From contig NMRA01000031.1 of NCBI GenBank assembly GCA_002633005.1, positions 557,411 to 621,410 on the forward strand: DNA of 64,000 nt, read 5' to 3'. The position numbers and the translations under genes are program-made. The notes under the pieces were generated by a model that saw nothing but the letters and a program-made list of their open reading frames with translations, was not told the origin of the DNA and did not search any database. Within the stretch, counting starts at the first letter, position 1. Each line of letters starts with the position of its first letter. The DNA comes from Phoronis australis (taxonomy: Eukaryota > Animalia > Phoronida). Positions 62,645 through 64,000 of this stretch are shown here, in pieces.

Positions 62645-63783
62645 CTCATTCACTTCTTCTCAGTTAGATAAATGACTTTTGGAACATTCTTTCGCTCCAA
62701 TTTTCATTTAGTTGTTGTTTGGAACTTCCCTCACTTCTTTGCGATAAATGTTTTTTCATACAAGTTTCTAATTTTCTGGAGACAAAATTTTTAATTTTAT
62801 GTTTTGATACAACTTTTGGATTTTCTCAAGAAAAACAAGTTTTTGTAATTAAACAAATTAAAGCTGCTCTCCATGCTAAATAAAACGAAGCTAACATTCT
62901 TTAGTCATGCAAAATCTGTGCTGACAGTTTACAGCCACTTCACATTAGGCTAAAAACAAGCTTATATAAATCAACTTATAAAACAATTCTACCGTGAACA
63001 TGTTTTACATCACTGTGTCTTTAAAGCTGCTAAGAACCTAGTTTCTGTGAAGAAACAAACTCAATTCAAAGCATTTACCACAACAAAACTGGTCTCAATG
63101 TGTTCTATTCTCAGCTTACAAGTTTCTGGGCATTTTATGACTCTAAATATTCTCCGGCGTATAATGACAAACCAGTCAAATCATCATGATGTATCGAAAT
63201 GTCAAAAAATCATGCACACGGTTTGTCTAATCTTCTGAGCTTACTGTGGCCAAAACACAATGCTAATAGTTATGATCATAAAATAAATGTTAAATTCTGC
63301 CACCAATCAACACTAGCTGGCATCAGTTTGTGGAACAGGTTATTACACAAAGCATTACTTTATCACCACATCGATCAATGACAAAGACATTCTAAAGTAG
63401 ATTGTGTAAAAACACATGGTCAATATTAACAAGGTTATTGTCGCCAACTAACATGAAGTTAATGTAAATTTTAATACAATCAATTGATTCCATGAACAAC
63501 AGGAAACCACTGAAATACAGAGACATGTTCTGGTTCAATGTAAAATCAATAAAATCTACACAGCAAAGTATTTGAAGCAGTAATACACTTAAAGTTGCTG
63601 ATGTGAACTAAAATGGCTAATAAAAAGAACCATATTGTTAACCATAGAATTTGGTCTTTGAATGTAAATTGATACTGAGTCAGAGTCAAAGTAACATATT
63701 TACCATGTTTTGCTTTGACAACATTCAAATATATTTTCAAAATCATCATGACTAATAGATCTGATGTAATTGGTTGGCATAAC

Positions 63784-64000
63784 CAGGGCTCGACGCTATT
63801 CAAATCGCCAGATTGCATTTTGCGACCTAGCCAAAATCCCAGGTTGCATTTTCAAAATCCAGCTCGCATTCTTAAATGCCAGGTCGCAAAAATTTCCCGC
63901 CATTTTTACGCTCCAAAATCGATTTTTTAGATTACCGAGAAAATGTATAGATTATGCTCTTACCTGCAGCGTTAAATACTGACAAATTTCAGATCGCAAA
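63784..64000. mobile_element. Probable left end of another CAGGG-ended non-autonomous DNA transposon, truncated by the window
   Basis: cagggctcgacgcta start followed by an abrupt CpG-rich stretch with repeated tcgc/gcga motifs. Confidence 0.45.

Overview
AT-rich, intron-rich animal (very probably invertebrate) genomic DNA from a draft assembly with one 315-N gap and four single Ns. Four protein-coding genes can be rebuilt by hand from splice sites: (1) an SMYD4-like SET/MYND methyltransferase with a single coding exon (+, 4584-6557); (2) an SNX10/11-like PX-only sorting nexin (-, 6 coding exons, 20138 to 11020); (3) prefoldin subunit 5 (+, 5 exons, 20545-24433), head-to-head with the SNX gene and carrying a U12-type intron; (4) a large TRPM2-like channel with a C-terminal NUDT9-homology domain (-, at least 31 exons from 62309 to 25300; start codon not found, probably beyond the window). 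The most striking feature is in the TRPM2-like gene. The exon for the end of S6/TRP helix/TRP box is present as three diverged, intact tandem paralogues with identical splice phases that can only be used one at a time, i.e. a mutually exclusive exon cassette in the gating module. The same gene pairs an invertebrate-type FGE selectivity filter with a degenerate, vertebrate-like Nudix box (RILDEK). It also has candidate microexons and a candidate alternative last exon that would remove the NUDT9-H domain. Two other near-identical exon duplications flank single Ns and are judged assembly artefacts. Non-coding DNA holds tRNA-derived SINEs, MITEs, a foldback element, a hAT transposase fossil and short tandem repeats. 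All exon calls are manual and lack transcript support.
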